From positions 386,557-450,556 of the forward strand of contig CATOSZ010000003.1 in the NCBI GenBank assembly GCA_951812805.1: DNA of 64,000 bases, written 5' to 3'. The notes beneath the pieces are model-generated. The model ran no database searches, was not told the origin of the DNA, and saw only the letters and a program-made list of their open reading frames with translations. This document shows, in pieces, positions 48,121 to 57,659 of the stretch. Within the stretch, counting starts at the first letter, position 1, and each line of letters starts with the position of its first letter. A program made the position numbers and the translations under genes. The DNA comes from an uncultured Alphaproteobacteria bacterium. GTDB taxonomy: Bacteria; Pseudomonadota; Alphaproteobacteria; GCA-2731375.

Positions 48121-49398
48121 TCAGTTGGCGGTGAGCGCGGCTTCCATCCATTGGCCGACGCGCAGCAAATGATCGTCCCGGCCGGGCCCGGCGACCGCCT
48201 GCACGCCGATCGGCATGCCGTTCGGGCCGCGCGCGACGGGCAAGGTCAGGCAGGCGGCATGCAGGAAGGTCCAGCCCCGGTTGAACACGGGATCGCCGGT
48301 CGCCTCGCCCACCGGTGCTTCACCGGGGGCGCTGGCCGTCAGCAGGCAATCGTGGCTCTCCAACAGGCCGGCCATCAGCCTCCCGCACTCGTGCGCCAGC
48401 GCCCAGGCCGCGGTGTAATCGGCGTGCGGAATTGCGAGGCCGCGTTCGATCTCGCTCCGCATGCCCTCGCTCACCAAGGCGGGTGCGCGTTCGTATTCCG
48501 AGGCGTAGGAGCGTGCGCCCTCGTAGGCCAGGACCAGCATCTGCGCCTCGACCAGGTCGCGGAAGGCATCGGGCGGTACCACCTCGACGACCTCGGCGCC
48601 CGCTTCGGCCATGAGCCGGGCCGCACCCTCCACCGCGTCGTGGCAGGCGGCTTCGGCCCGGTCCCACTCGTGCGTGCGGAAAAGGGCGACGCGCGGCGGC
48701 CGGGGCAGCGCTTCCGGCACCGCCGGCGCCCCGGTCAGGGCCGCGCGGACGAGGGCCGTATCGCCGACCTGGCGGGCGAAGATGCCGAGCGTATCGAGCA
48801 GGGGCCCGTACGGCTTGATGCCCGCCATCGGCAGCGCGCCAAACGATCCCTTGTAGGCGACCACACCGCAGAACGAGGCCGGGCGGATCACCGAGCCCGC
48901 GGTCTGCGTGCCGTAGGCGAGCGGCACCATGCAATCGGCCACCGCCGCGGCGGAGCCGGAGGAGGAGCCGCCGGGCGTACGAGCGGGATCGTGCGGATTG
49001 CGCGTCTCGCGCGGGGTCAAAGAGGCGAACTCCGTCGTCACCGTCTTGCCGAGAACGACCGCACCCGCCCGGCGGATCATCGCGACGCAGGCGGCATCAC
49101 ACGTCGGCCGGTTCTCGGCATAGATGGGGGAGCCATGGCGCGTCGGCAGGTCGGCGGTGTCGATAATGTCCTTGATGCCGACGGGCAAGCCGTGGATCGG
49201 GCCGGCGCTCGGCGCGGCATCGGCGGCGCGCGCTTGCGCGATCGCCGCGTCGGGGTCGAGGGCGACCCAGGCATGCACGCTCGCCTCGCGTTCTTCGATC
49301 CGCTCCAGGCAGGCGCGGACCAGCGCCTCGCTGGTCAGCCGTCCCTCGCGGATGGCGGCGGCGGCTTCGGCGGCGCCCAGTTGATTGGCGGCGGTCAT
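48121..49398 (-). CDS. amidase (amidase-signature family)
   Basis: AS signature GGSSSGSAAAVA with a Ser-cisSer-Lys context. Start MTAANQLG; GGGAGGAG RBS. Confidence 0.85.
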   Translation of the reverse strand: MTAANQLGAAEAAAAIREGRLTSEALVRACLERIEEREASVHAWVALDPDAAIAQARAADAAPSAGPIHGLPVGIKDIIDTADLPTRHGSPIYAENRPTCDAACVAMIRRAGAVVLGKTVTTEFASLTPRETRNPHDPARTPGGSSSGSAAAVADCMVPLAYGTQTAGSVIRPASFCGVVAYKGSFGALPMAGIKPYGPLLDTLGIFARQVGDTALVRAALTGAPAVPEALPRPPRVALFRTHEWDRAEAACHDAVEGAARLMAEAGAEVVEVVPPDAFRDLVEAQMLVLAYEGARSYASEYERAPALVSEGMRSEIERGLAIPHADYTAAWALAHECGRLMAGLLESHDCLLTASAPGEAPVGEATGDPVFNRGWTFLHAACLTLPVARGPNGMPIGVQAVAGPGRDDHLLRVGQWMEAALTAN

Positions 49399-49465
49399 CT
49401 CGCGGTTCTCCTCCCGGTCCCCCATGTCGGGCCTTGTTAGCACATCCCCCGAAAATTGGCCTCCG

Positions 49466-50341
49466 TCAGCCGTCCCGTTCGGCCCGGGCGAGCTGGGCGC
49501 GGAGGAAATCGCCGACGTCGGTCGGCTGGATCCGCGCGGCGCGGATCAGGTCGTCGAAGTGGCGGGTGAGGACGCGGATATGCTCGGTCGTGGTGAAGAC
49601 GAAGTACATCTGGCCGACGTAGACCGCGGCGCGGTGCGGGCCGAACACGGTAAGCGGCACGCTGTAGCGCTGCTGGCCGTCATAGAGGAACCAGCGGAAC
49701 GTCGGATACAGCTCGTCAACCAGATGGATCATGCGGCGCAGCTGCTCCCGCCGGTCTTCCAGCGCCAGCCCGGCCCACAGGCCCTGGCCGAGCGCGAACC
49801 CCTCTACCGCCTGCACCGTGTTGCAGACCTCGATATCGGTTTCCGGGCGACGGCTGTAGGCCAGATGATCCGCCGTGCGGGCCAGCGCCACGGCGGGTTC
49901 GGCGACGGCGAAGGGGGTATATTCATACTCGTTCACCCGTTCGCTCTTCAGGATGTCGGGGATGGAAGAGGGCACATAGCGGATCTTGTAGCCGGCCGCC
50001 TCGTCGTGCCAGGCGGCGAGCCGCGCCTCCGCCGTTTCCCGGTCGCCGCCGGCGACCACGACCGATTGAGCCAGAATATCCGCGCTGACCCGCGCATCCT
50101 GCCGCAGGCCGAGCAGCCAATCCACGCTCACCTGCAAGGTGACGGCGATCGAGGCCACGGTATCCGCCCGGGGCAGGCGATCGTTGTCGACGGACAGCAG
50201 CTGCGAGAGGGTCGACCGGTCGACGCCGATACGACGCGCCAGGCCGGACTGGGTGAGGCTGTGCGCCTCCATCGCTTCGCGCAGCCGGTCGCGGAAGCTC
50301 TGGATGGTCAGGCGGCGGTCCAAAATCGGAACATCTGACAT
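49466..50341 (-). CDS. XRE-family HTH transcriptional regulator with C-terminal domain
   Basis: HTH LTQSGLARRIGVDRSTLSQLL; divergent from the desaturase gene. Confidence 0.7.
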   Translation of the reverse strand: MSDVPILDRRLTIQSFRDRLREAMEAHSLTQSGLARRIGVDRSTLSQLLSVDNDRLPRADTVASIAVTLQVSVDWLLGLRQDARVSADILAQSVVVAGGDRETAEARLAAWHDEAAGYKIRYVPSSIPDILKSERVNEYEYTPFAVAEPAVALARTADHLAYSRRPETDIEVCNTVQAVEGFALGQGLWAGLALEDRREQLRRMIHLVDELYPTFRWFLYDGQQRYSVPLTVFGPHRAAVYVGQMYFVFTTTEHIRVLTRHFDDLIRAARIQPTDVGDFLRAQLARAERDG

Positions 50342-50391
50342 GATGGGGCATTTTCACACAGTTTGTTGATTTTTCCCACCAATGTTTATTG

Positions 50392-50406
50392 TTGTTCTGG
50401 GAACAA
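50392..50406. promoter_or_regulatory. inverted repeat TTGTTC-N3-GAACAA in AT-rich divergent intergenic region (candidate operator)
   Basis: Lies in the only AT-rich stretch between the XRE regulator and the desaturase. Confidence 0.3.
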
Positions 50407-50445
50407 TCGTCGACTCAACACCTGCTGGCCCCTCAGGCTCGGGGC

Positions 50446-51312
50446 ATGGGAGACGAGAGGAGAGAGCTGGAGCTGCCGACCTGGGGCCTCGCCGTCGCGA
50501 TCCATGGCGGTATCCTGGCGATTACACTCGCCTATTCGCAGCTTCCCGCCCCCCTCGCCCTCGCCGCACTGGCCTGGCTGGTCGCCTGGCACGGCTCGCT
50601 CCGCCACGAAGTCGTGCATGGCCATCCGAGCCGGCGGCCCTGGCTCAACGCCCTGGTGGCCGGGCCGCCCTGGGATCTGTGGCTGCCGCTGGCGCGCTAT
50701 GCGACGTGGCATCGCGCTCATCACGCGTCGGCCCGGCTCGCCGACCCCCGGGACGATCCCGAGTCCTTCTATCTCACCGCCGCCGACTGGAATCGCCTGT
50801 CGCGCCCCGCCCAAGTCCTGCTCCGCGCCCGGCAATGCCTGGCCGGCCGTCTGCTGCTCGGGCCGATCCATGTGGTGGCGACATTCTGGTGGCGCGAGGT
50901 TCGTGCGATCTCGGCCGGCGATCGTGGATTGCGCGCGATCTGGGCGCGGCACCTATTTCTGGTCGCCGGCGTGATCTGCTGGCTCGAGCTGGTCGCCGGC
51001 CTGCCACTCTGGCTCTATGCGCTGGCGGTGCTTTGGCCGGCGAACGCGTTGCAGCTGCTGCGTTCCTTCGACGAACACCGGCCGGGCCATCGCTCGGTCA
51101 TGTGCCGGGCGGAGGCGCCGTTTGCCCTGCTGTTCCTCAACAACAACCTGCATGCGCTGCACCATGCCCACCCCGATGTCGCCTGGTACCGGCTGCCGGC
51201 GCTGGCCCGCGAGGATGGCGGGTGGCCGGGCGGCTATGCGACGGCGGGCTACCTTCGGCTCGCCGCTTGGCTGTGGCGGGCGAAAGACTCCCCCGTCCAC
51301 CCGGACGGGTAG
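50446..51312 (+). CDS. fatty-acid desaturase family membrane protein (CrtW/desaturase-like His-box enzyme)
   Basis: Three His boxes: HEVVHGH, HRAHH, HALHHAH. Confidence 0.7.
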   Translation: MGDERRELELPTWGLAVAIHGGILAITLAYSQLPAPLALAALAWLVAWHGSLRHEVVHGHPSRRPWLNALVAGPPWDLWLPLARYATWHRAHHASARLADPRDDPESFYLTAADWNRLSRPAQVLLRARQCLAGRLLLGPIHVVATFWWREVRAISAGDRGLRAIWARHLFLVAGVICWLELVAGLPLWLYALAVLWPANALQLLRSFDEHRPGHRSVMCRAEAPFALLFLNNNLHALHHAHPDVAWYRLPALAREDGGWPGGYATAGYLRLAAWLWRAKDSPVHPDG

Positions 51313-51315
51313 ATC

Positions 51316-52173
51316 TCAGCTCCGCATCCAGGCGCCGCCCCACATGTTCAGCGTGAATTCCTCGTGCGCCCAGGTGCGGAATTCCATGTCCCGCGGCATG
51401 TGCTCGATCTCGGCCGAAAGCTCGATGCGGTTGCCGTCGGGATCGCGCACCATGGCGAACAGGTTGTTGCCGGGCCCGTGCCGGCCGGGGCCCCACCAGA
51501 TCGGCACCCGCATGGTGGCGAAATGGTCGGCCCAATCGCGGATGTCGTTCCAGCAGTCGGTCTCCAGCGCGTGGTGGTCGTAGCGCGCCGCGTCCGCGCG
51601 GAACACGGCGTAGGAGTGATGCTCCTCGTCCGAACGCAGGAAGCAGGCGCCGAGCTGGCCGTCGTCGGTGCGGACCTCGTCGGAGACGACGAAACCGAGC
51701 GTGTCGCGATAGAATGCGGCCACCGTCTCCGGCTGGGCCGAGGCGAAAACCAGGTGCTGGATGCGGCCGGGCAAGGCGTCGTCGGTGCCCGCCGCCGCCG
51801 CCCCGGCCTCGGGCCCGGGCACGCCGAAGACGAGGATCTGCCCGTCGGGATCGGCGATGGCGAAAGCGGCGTTGCCGAACAGCGGGCTGGGGTTCGCCAG
51901 GATCTCGACCCCGCGCGCCTCCAGCCAGCGTTGCAACGCCTCCAGGCGGGCGACCTCGGGGATGGCGAAAGCGCCGTAGGCGACGCTCTCGTTGTCGCCG
52001 CGCCCGACCAGCAGGCGTCGCGCCGGCCCGTCGAGGCGCCAGAGATCCTCGCCCAGTTGCTTCGCCGCCATGCCCAGGCCCGCGCCATAGAAGTCGAGCA
52101 GCGCCGCGGGATCTTCGCTGTCGAGGCGGAAGTGATGCAGCGTGGCGGGCCAAAGCGGCGAAACGTCGGACAT
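51316..52173 (-). CDS. VOC-family two-domain extradiol-dioxygenase-like protein
   Basis: Duplicated glyoxalase/dioxygenase modules; 285 aa. Confidence 0.7.
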   Translation of the reverse strand: MSDVSPLWPATLHHFRLDSEDPAALLDFYGAGLGMAAKQLGEDLWRLDGPARRLLVGRGDNESVAYGAFAIPEVARLEALQRWLEARGVEILANPSPLFGNAAFAIADPDGQILVFGVPGPEAGAAAAGTDDALPGRIQHLVFASAQPETVAAFYRDTLGFVVSDEVRTDDGQLGACFLRSDEEHHSYAVFRADAARYDHHALETDCWNDIRDWADHFATMRVPIWWGPGRHGPGNNLFAMVRDPDGNRIELSAEIEHMPRDMEFRTWAHEEFTLNMWGGAWMRS

Positions 52174-52217
52174 CGATGGCGATCCTCTCGTTCAAAAGGC
52201 GAGCATGAACGAGATTA

Positions 52218-52889
52218 TCACGGCCGGCGCAGGCGCGACATCACCGCCTCGGCCCGGATCATGTCGCCCTCATCCCCGGCCAGCAGGCCCGCCGCCGTCA
52301 GACCGCGCGCCGTCCAGCTGTTGCAGGTATTGAAGAGGTGAAATTTCCCGGTGCCGTCATAGAACAGGCTGTTGGCGTAAAGGCCCGGACCGACCGCCGT
52401 CGCACGGCGCCCGGCCGGACGGTCGAAGGCGGCGCGCAGATGCGCCAGCAGCGCCGCCTCGCCGGCCTCGTCCACCTGCAGGTCGATCACCTCCGCCGAG
52501 GGAAAGGCCAGGGCTGGATGGCGGCGCAGGCCGACCAGGTGCACGACGGCCGGCGTCGGCGCCATCGCCGCACCGAGGGTGGCGAGCAGGCCCGGATCCG
52601 GCGCCCGGTAGAACTCGGCGTCCCCCCAGCCGAAACTGAAAAAGAGCGCTTGGGGAAAATCCGCGACTTCCGGCGCGGCGCGAGCGAGCGCGGCGCTGCG
52701 CGGCAGCACCAGGTCGGTATGCCAGCCGTTGCTCATCACCGAGATCCGGGAGAGCGGCGCCCCGGTAGCGGGCGTCGTCGTGGTGGGAGCCGCGAGGGGC
52801 GTCGCCGGCGGAGGAGACTGGCAGGCCGCGCTCGACAGGAGCAGGCCCAAGGCGAGCAGGTTCAAATAAACCGCCAGTCGTTTCCGCAT
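52218..52889 (-). CDS. DUF2459/TIGR02117-like lipoprotein
   Basis: Signal plus lipobox LSSAAC. Real start MRKRLAVYLNLL. Confidence 0.45.
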   Translation of the reverse strand: MRKRLAVYLNLLALGLLLSSAACQSPPPATPLAAPTTTTPATGAPLSRISVMSNGWHTDLVLPRSAALARAAPEVADFPQALFFSFGWGDAEFYRAPDPGLLATLGAAMAPTPAVVHLVGLRRHPALAFPSAEVIDLQVDEAGEAALLAHLRAAFDRPAGRRATAVGPGLYANSLFYDGTGKFHLFNTCNSWTARGLTAAGLLAGDEGDMIRAEAVMSRLRRP

Positions 52890-52967
52890 CGACGCCCCTC
52901 GCGACGCACCCGGGCGGGAGGGGTTGGCCCGGGTGTCTGAAGCGGGACACGTCACCGCGTCCCAGAA

Positions 52968-53231
52968 TTAGTCGTTTCGGGCCAGCCAACAGCGCATGGC
53001 GTCACGGGCGTGACCGTCATGCAGAAACATCAAGCCGATCGAACCATCGGTCATCACCACGACCTCGGCCGGGATCCGACCGTAGCCGGGAATCTCCAGC
53101 ACCACTTCGGTGCCGTCGAGATCCTGGGCATTGCCCTCCGTGCGCACGCAGGCGGCGGCGGGCGAGAGTTCCTCGACCCGGCAGGGCTTGCGGTCGTGCC
53201 GGAGCGCGAGGACGGCTTCGGGGTAGTGCAT
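52968..53231 (-). CDS. PilZ domain protein
   Basis: RxxxR-like segment and a D/TDGSIG motif; 87 aa. Confidence 0.5.
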   Translation of the reverse strand: MHYPEAVLALRHDRKPCRVEELSPAAACVRTEGNAQDLDGTEVVLEIPGYGRIPAEVVVMTDGSIGLMFLHDGHARDAMRCWLARND

Positions 53232-53464
53232 CAGCTACGACCTCCACGTCCGCCCGAAGGCGGGGTTTGCGTCAAGTCGTGAGCTTTCCCTTGTTGTTGT
53301 TGCCTTGAACATAGGCGAGGTGCGGCCCGGCGGCATCACCCAAATGGGTGAAACCTGCTCCCGGATCGATACATCATTCACCCGCACGGGGTAGCGGGAC
53401 GACGCCCCGTCGCTACACTGGGCCGACAAACCTGTGGACGGATCGAGAGTAAGGAGTATCGGCG

Positions 53465-54235
53465 ATGGCAGGGCTCGAGGGACGAGTGGCATTCGTGAGC
53501 GGCGGCGGCCGCGGGATCGGGCGGGCGATCTGCCTGCGGTTGGCCCATGACGGCGCCGATATCGCGATCAACTACGCCCGCGACGTCGATGCCGCGAACG
53601 AGGTCCGCAGCGCCGTCCAGGCGCTCGGACGACGGGCCGAGATCTACCAGGCGGACGTCGCCGACGAGGCGGCCGTCGATGCCATGTGCGCCCGGGCGAT
53701 CGCCGATTTCGGGCAGATCGACATCCTGGTCAACAACGCGGGGATCGGCTCCAGCTACGTCGACCGTCCGAGCGTAACCGGCGCGACCCGCGCGCAGTGG
53801 GAGTTGCTGCTCGGCGCCAACCTGTGGGGACCGATCCACATGTGCCGGGCCCTGGTCCCGCACATGCGGGCCGCCGCGCGGAGCGACATCGTCATGATCT
53901 CATCGACGACGACCCTGAACCTGAGCGCGAACATGGGCCTCTATTCCGTCGGCAAGGCCGGCGCGGAAGCCCTCGCCCATACGCTCGCCAAGGAGGAACG
54001 CCAGCACGGCATGCGTGTCAACATCGTCGCCCCGGGCCTGGTCGACACCGACATGGGCCGCAAGCTCATCACCCTGCTGCCCGGACCCGACGACATGCGC
54101 GAGCGCGATGCCACGGCGCCCTTCGGCTTCGTCTGCGCGCCGAGCGACATCGCCGCCGAGGTCGCGCACCTGGTGAGCGAGGACGGCCGCTACATCACCA
54201 ACCAGCGGATCTACATCAACGGCGGCGGGTTCTAG
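53465..54235 (+). CDS. SDR-family oxidoreductase
   Basis: TGGGRGIG Rossmann motif, NNAG, and a YxxxK-type catalytic region. Confidence 0.85.
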   Translation: MAGLEGRVAFVSGGGRGIGRAICLRLAHDGADIAINYARDVDAANEVRSAVQALGRRAEIYQADVADEAAVDAMCARAIADFGQIDILVNNAGIGSSYVDRPSVTGATRAQWELLLGANLWGPIHMCRALVPHMRAAARSDIVMISSTTTLNLSANMGLYSVGKAGAEALAHTLAKEERQHGMRVNIVAPGLVDTDMGRKLITLLPGPDDMRERDATAPFGFVCAPSDIAAEVAHLVSEDGRYITNQRIYINGGGF

Positions 54236-54260
54236 CCGCGCTCTCTCGTCCGATGAACGG

Positions 54261-55163
54261 CTACGGCGAGAAATAGCGTCGGCGCTCGCGCTCGAACAAA
54301 TCGACGATGTAGTCGACGGCGGCGCGAACCTTGCGCGTGCGCCCGATGTCCTTGTCCGTCATCAGCCAGAGTTCGAGCGGCGGCCCGACATCGAGGGGGA
54401 TTTCCTCCAATTCCGGCAGAAGCTCGATGGTATAGCGCGGCAGCAGGCCGATGCCGAAGCCGGCCTCGGTGGCGATGGCGACGCCATGTCCGGTATTGGC
54501 GCGAAACGCGATTCCCGCACCGCTCTCCCGCAGCCGGCTCCAGTTGTCCCACAACGGGCCGGCAAGCGGCAGGGCATAGCTGATGAAATGATGGTGGCGA
54601 AGCTCCTCGAGGCTGCCCGGACGGCCATGCGCATCGAGATAGCTCCGCGCGGCGAACAGCCGGAAGGGCACGTCGGCGACGCGCCGCGCCCGCACCCGGG
54701 GATCGGTCGGGCGGCCGTAGCGGATCGCGATGTCCGCCTCGCGCCGTGAGAGGTCGCGCTGGGCGTCCCCGACATCGATTTCGATTTCCAGGTTCGGGTG
54801 CCGCCGGCGCAGCCCCAGCAGTCGCGGCCCCAGCCAATAGATGCCGATGCCTTCCGTCGTGGTAATGCGCAGCGGGCCGGCGATCGCCTCGTCGATTCCC
54901 GCGATATCGCCTTCGATGCCCGTGGTGGCGGTTTCCATCTCTTCGCCCCTGGCGACGACGATGCGGCCGGCAGGCGTCGTCCGCGCACCCCGGGCATTGC
55001 GATCGAACAGCCGGGCGCCCAACCGGCGCTCCATCCGTCCGACCCGCCGGCTGACCGTCGCGGGATCGACGCCCATCGCCCCCGCCGCCCGGTGAAAACT
55101 GCCGGTGCGGTGCACCGCGAGCACCAGGCGGATATCGTCCCAATCTTCGAGCCAGTGTTGCAT
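54261..55163 (-). CDS. LysR-family transcriptional regulator
   Basis: N-terminal HTH (RLVLAVHRTGSFHRAAGAMGVDPATVSRRV) plus LysR substrate-binding domain. Confidence 0.85.
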   Translation of the reverse strand: MQHWLEDWDDIRLVLAVHRTGSFHRAAGAMGVDPATVSRRVGRMERRLGARLFDRNARGARTTPAGRIVVARGEEMETATTGIEGDIAGIDEAIAGPLRITTTEGIGIYWLGPRLLGLRRRHPNLEIEIDVGDAQRDLSRREADIAIRYGRPTDPRVRARRVADVPFRLFAARSYLDAHGRPGSLEELRHHHFISYALPLAGPLWDNWSRLRESGAGIAFRANTGHGVAIATEAGFGIGLLPRYTIELLPELEEIPLDVGPPLELWLMTDKDIGRTRKVRAAVDYIVDLFERERRRYFSP

Positions 55164-55166
55164 CTA

Positions 55167-55188
55167 TGCATTAAAGCCGTGCATGCAT
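55167..55188. promoter_or_regulatory. ATGCAT...ATGCAT dyad in AT-rich divergent region (candidate LysR box)
   Basis: atgcattaaagccgtgcatgcat lies immediately upstream of the LysR start. Confidence 0.3.
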
Positions 55189-55228
55189 TCATATTCAATA
55201 GCCGGACTCCGCAAGGCATGTTTAGGAC

Positions 55229-55504
55229 ATGATGGCGAAAAACGGCACAGTTTCCCTGATTTTACCTCAGGCGCGGGGCACACGTACGGTGTCTCTCCCG
55301 GCGGATGTCATGCGCAGCCTGCGAATGATCGCGCGCGTCGAGCGGCGAAGTGTCGTCGCATTTTGCATAGATGCATTGTCCAAGGCCGAAGGATCGGCCG
55401 AGGCGCTGAGCGATGCGGCCCATATTCGGGCCGCGGTGTTGCGCCATCTGGCCTTCGGCGGACGGGCGGCAAATCGCCAGCTCGGTGAACCGTTCCACCT
55501 GTAA
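55229..55504 (+). CDS. hypothetical small protein (91 aa), divergent from LysR
   Basis: Weaker GC3 bias than neighbours; speculative. Confidence 0.3.
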   Translation: MMAKNGTVSLILPQARGTRTVSLPADVMRSLRMIARVERRSVVAFCIDALSKAEGSAEALSDAAHIRAAVLRHLAFGGRAANRQLGEPFHL

Positions 55505-55519
55505 TCCACACGCCGCCGC

Positions 55520-55969
55520 TCAGAACGGGCGGACGACGACCATGGTGACGATGATCAGGACAAGCACCGTCGGCACTTCGTTGGCGATGCGATAGAAGCG
55601 GGCGGGTCGCTGGTTACGATCGGCCTCAAAGTCCTTGCGCCAGCGCGCGTAGGCGCCGTGCAGGGCGCTCATCGCGACGACCGAGACCAGCTTCACCCAG
55701 ACCCAGCCATCACTCCAGTCGATGAGGCCGGGCGTCGCCAGCATTAGGCCGCCGAGGATCCAGGCCAGCATCATCGCCGGATTGATGATGGCGCGCAGCA
55801 GGCGACGCTCCATGATCTTCAAGGTTTCCGACAGCTCCGATCCGACCGCCGCATCCGCGTGATAGACGTAGAGCCGGGGCAGGTAGAACATTCCGGCCAT
55901 CCAGGCGATGACGGCGATGATGTGCAGCGCCTTGATCCAGAGATGGAAGTCGCTCAGCAGATCCAGCAC
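55520..55969 (-). CDS. hemJ: protoporphyrinogen IX oxidase HemJ
   Basis: ~149 aa CopD-like 4-TM protein with KALHIIAVIAWMAGMFYLPRLYVYHA, typical of the HemJ family. Directly follows hemH. Confidence 0.7.
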   Translation of the reverse strand: MLDLLSDFHLWIKALHIIAVIAWMAGMFYLPRLYVYHADAAVGSELSETLKIMERRLLRAIINPAMMLAWILGGLMLATPGLIDWSDGWVWVKLVSVVAMSALHGAYARWRKDFEADRNQRPARFYRIANEVPTVLVLIIVTMVVVRPF

Positions 55970-55972
55970 CGC

Positions 55973-57007
55973 TCAGCCCCCCGGCGTCATCGGACAGCCG
56001 GAAAAGCCGGCGGGGCACAACCTGACGTCGTCGGCACTGGCGACACGTCCTTCGGCCCGGGCCAACGCGGCGCGCGTCAGCGCCGCCAGGGCCTCGATGA
56101 ACAGCGGCTGGGTCCCGAGTGCCGGCACCCGCCGATAGGCCGGCACGCCGGCCTCGCGCGCCAGCTCGGCATACTCGATATCCAGCTCGACCAGGGTTTC
56201 CGAGTGTTCGGAGACGAAGGCGATGGGCACGACGACCAGGCGCACGCCGTCTGCGCCGGCACGCTGGATCTCGTCCTCCGTCGCCGGGCCAATCCACTCC
56301 AGCGGGCCGACCCGGCTCTGATAACAGACCCGCCAATCGATCTCGCCGAGCTGGGCGGCGACCGCTTCCGCCGTCCGCTCCACCTGCCACTGATAGGGAT
56401 CGCCCGCCGCCACGATCTTCTTCGGCAGGCCGTGCGCGGACAACAGCACGCGGGTCGGGCCTTCGGCCTGGCTGGCCTCCAGCATCGGGCGGATCAGCGC
56501 CGCCTGCGCCGCGACCAGGCCGGAGGCGCCGGGATAGCAGCACACCGTGTGCAGCGGCGCCTCGAGCCCCCGCGCCGCCGCCGCCCGCCGCCAGGCGAGC
56601 AGGGAAGAGGCCGTCGTCGTCGTGGAAAACTGTGGATAGAGCGGCAGGGCGACGATCCGGTCCGGTGCCCAGGCCGCCAGGCTTTCGGCCGCGGCGTCGG
56701 CGAAGGGATGCCAGTAACGCATCGCCGGCTCGACGCGCACCTCGCCCAGGTCGGCGAGCGCGTCGGCCAGCGCATCGGCTTGCGCGCGGGTCTCCGCCAG
56801 CAGGGGGGAGGCGCCACCGATCTGATCGTAGATCGCCCGCGCGGTCGGTGCCCGCCGGGTCGAGATCAGCCAGGCGAGGAACCAGCGCAGCGGCCCCGGC
56901 ACGCGCAGGATCGCCGGATCCGAAAACAGGTTGCGCAGGAACGGCCGGACCGCCGCCGGGCTATCCGGGCCGCCTAGATTGAACAGAACCACCGCCGTGC
57001 GCGCCAT
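55973..57007 (-). CDS. hemH: ferrochelatase
   Basis: Starts MARTAVVLFNLGGPD; HemH motifs; GGAGGA RBS. The track ORF is 5'-extended. Confidence 0.9.
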   Translation of the reverse strand: MARTAVVLFNLGGPDSPAAVRPFLRNLFSDPAILRVPGPLRWFLAWLISTRRAPTARAIYDQIGGASPLLAETRAQADALADALADLGEVRVEPAMRYWHPFADAAAESLAAWAPDRIVALPLYPQFSTTTTASSLLAWRRAAAARGLEAPLHTVCCYPGASGLVAAQAALIRPMLEASQAEGPTRVLLSAHGLPKKIVAAGDPYQWQVERTAEAVAAQLGEIDWRVCYQSRVGPLEWIGPATEDEIQRAGADGVRLVVVPIAFVSEHSETLVELDIEYAELAREAGVPAYRRVPALGTQPLFIEALAALTRAALARAEGRVASADDVRLCPAGFSGCPMTPGG

Positions 57008-57128
57008 CGCTCGATCCTCCGCAAGCGGCGCCGAACCTAGCCCGTGCCGGCCGGATTGCCCAGCCTTCTTCCCGCACGGTTCCGGACCTGCGATTATGGC
57101 CCCCGCAGAACGAATGGGAGCACGACAC

Positions 57129-57659
57129 ATGAACGACGCCACCGCCCTGGACTTCGAAATGAAGCCGCCCTCGATCACCGCGAAGGACATCTTCGAGGAT
57201 CAGATCCGGGCGACGGAAACCGGCAAGCCTGTGGCCTTCACCCTGAAAGCCCAGATGCTGGCCCAGGGCCGCACCGATACGGTCCTGGCAGCGACCGAGG
57301 ATTTGTCGGTCCGCCTCAAGGTCTATGCCTCGGGCGGCGAGAACGAGTTGCATGCCCATCCCGACGAGGACCACGTCTTCATCATCCTGCAAGGCAGCGC
57401 CCGCTTCTACGGCCCGGACGACGAGACCCAGGACATCCGCGCCAACCAGGGCTTCATGATGCCGAAGGGCATGCTCTATCGCTTCCACGCCACCAGCACG
57501 GACGAATGCCTGGTGATGCTGCGCATCGGCACGCCCAACTTCCAGAAGCAGTCGAAGGACGACCGCCTGGGCGCCGACGGCAAGCCGCTGGTCGGCGATT
57601 CCAAGGAGAACCGCACCGTTCCCGTGGTCTTTCGGGAGGACGTTTTCTTCGGCGGCTAA
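57129..57659 (+). CDS. cupin domain protein
   Basis: Cupin His cluster HAHPDEDHVFIILQG; 176 aa. Confidence 0.65.
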   Translation: MNDATALDFEMKPPSITAKDIFEDQIRATETGKPVAFTLKAQMLAQGRTDTVLAATEDLSVRLKVYASGGENELHAHPDEDHVFIILQGSARFYGPDDETQDIRANQGFMMPKGMLYRFHATSTDECLVMLRIGTPNFQKQSKDDRLGADGKPLVGDSKENRTVPVVFREDVFFGG

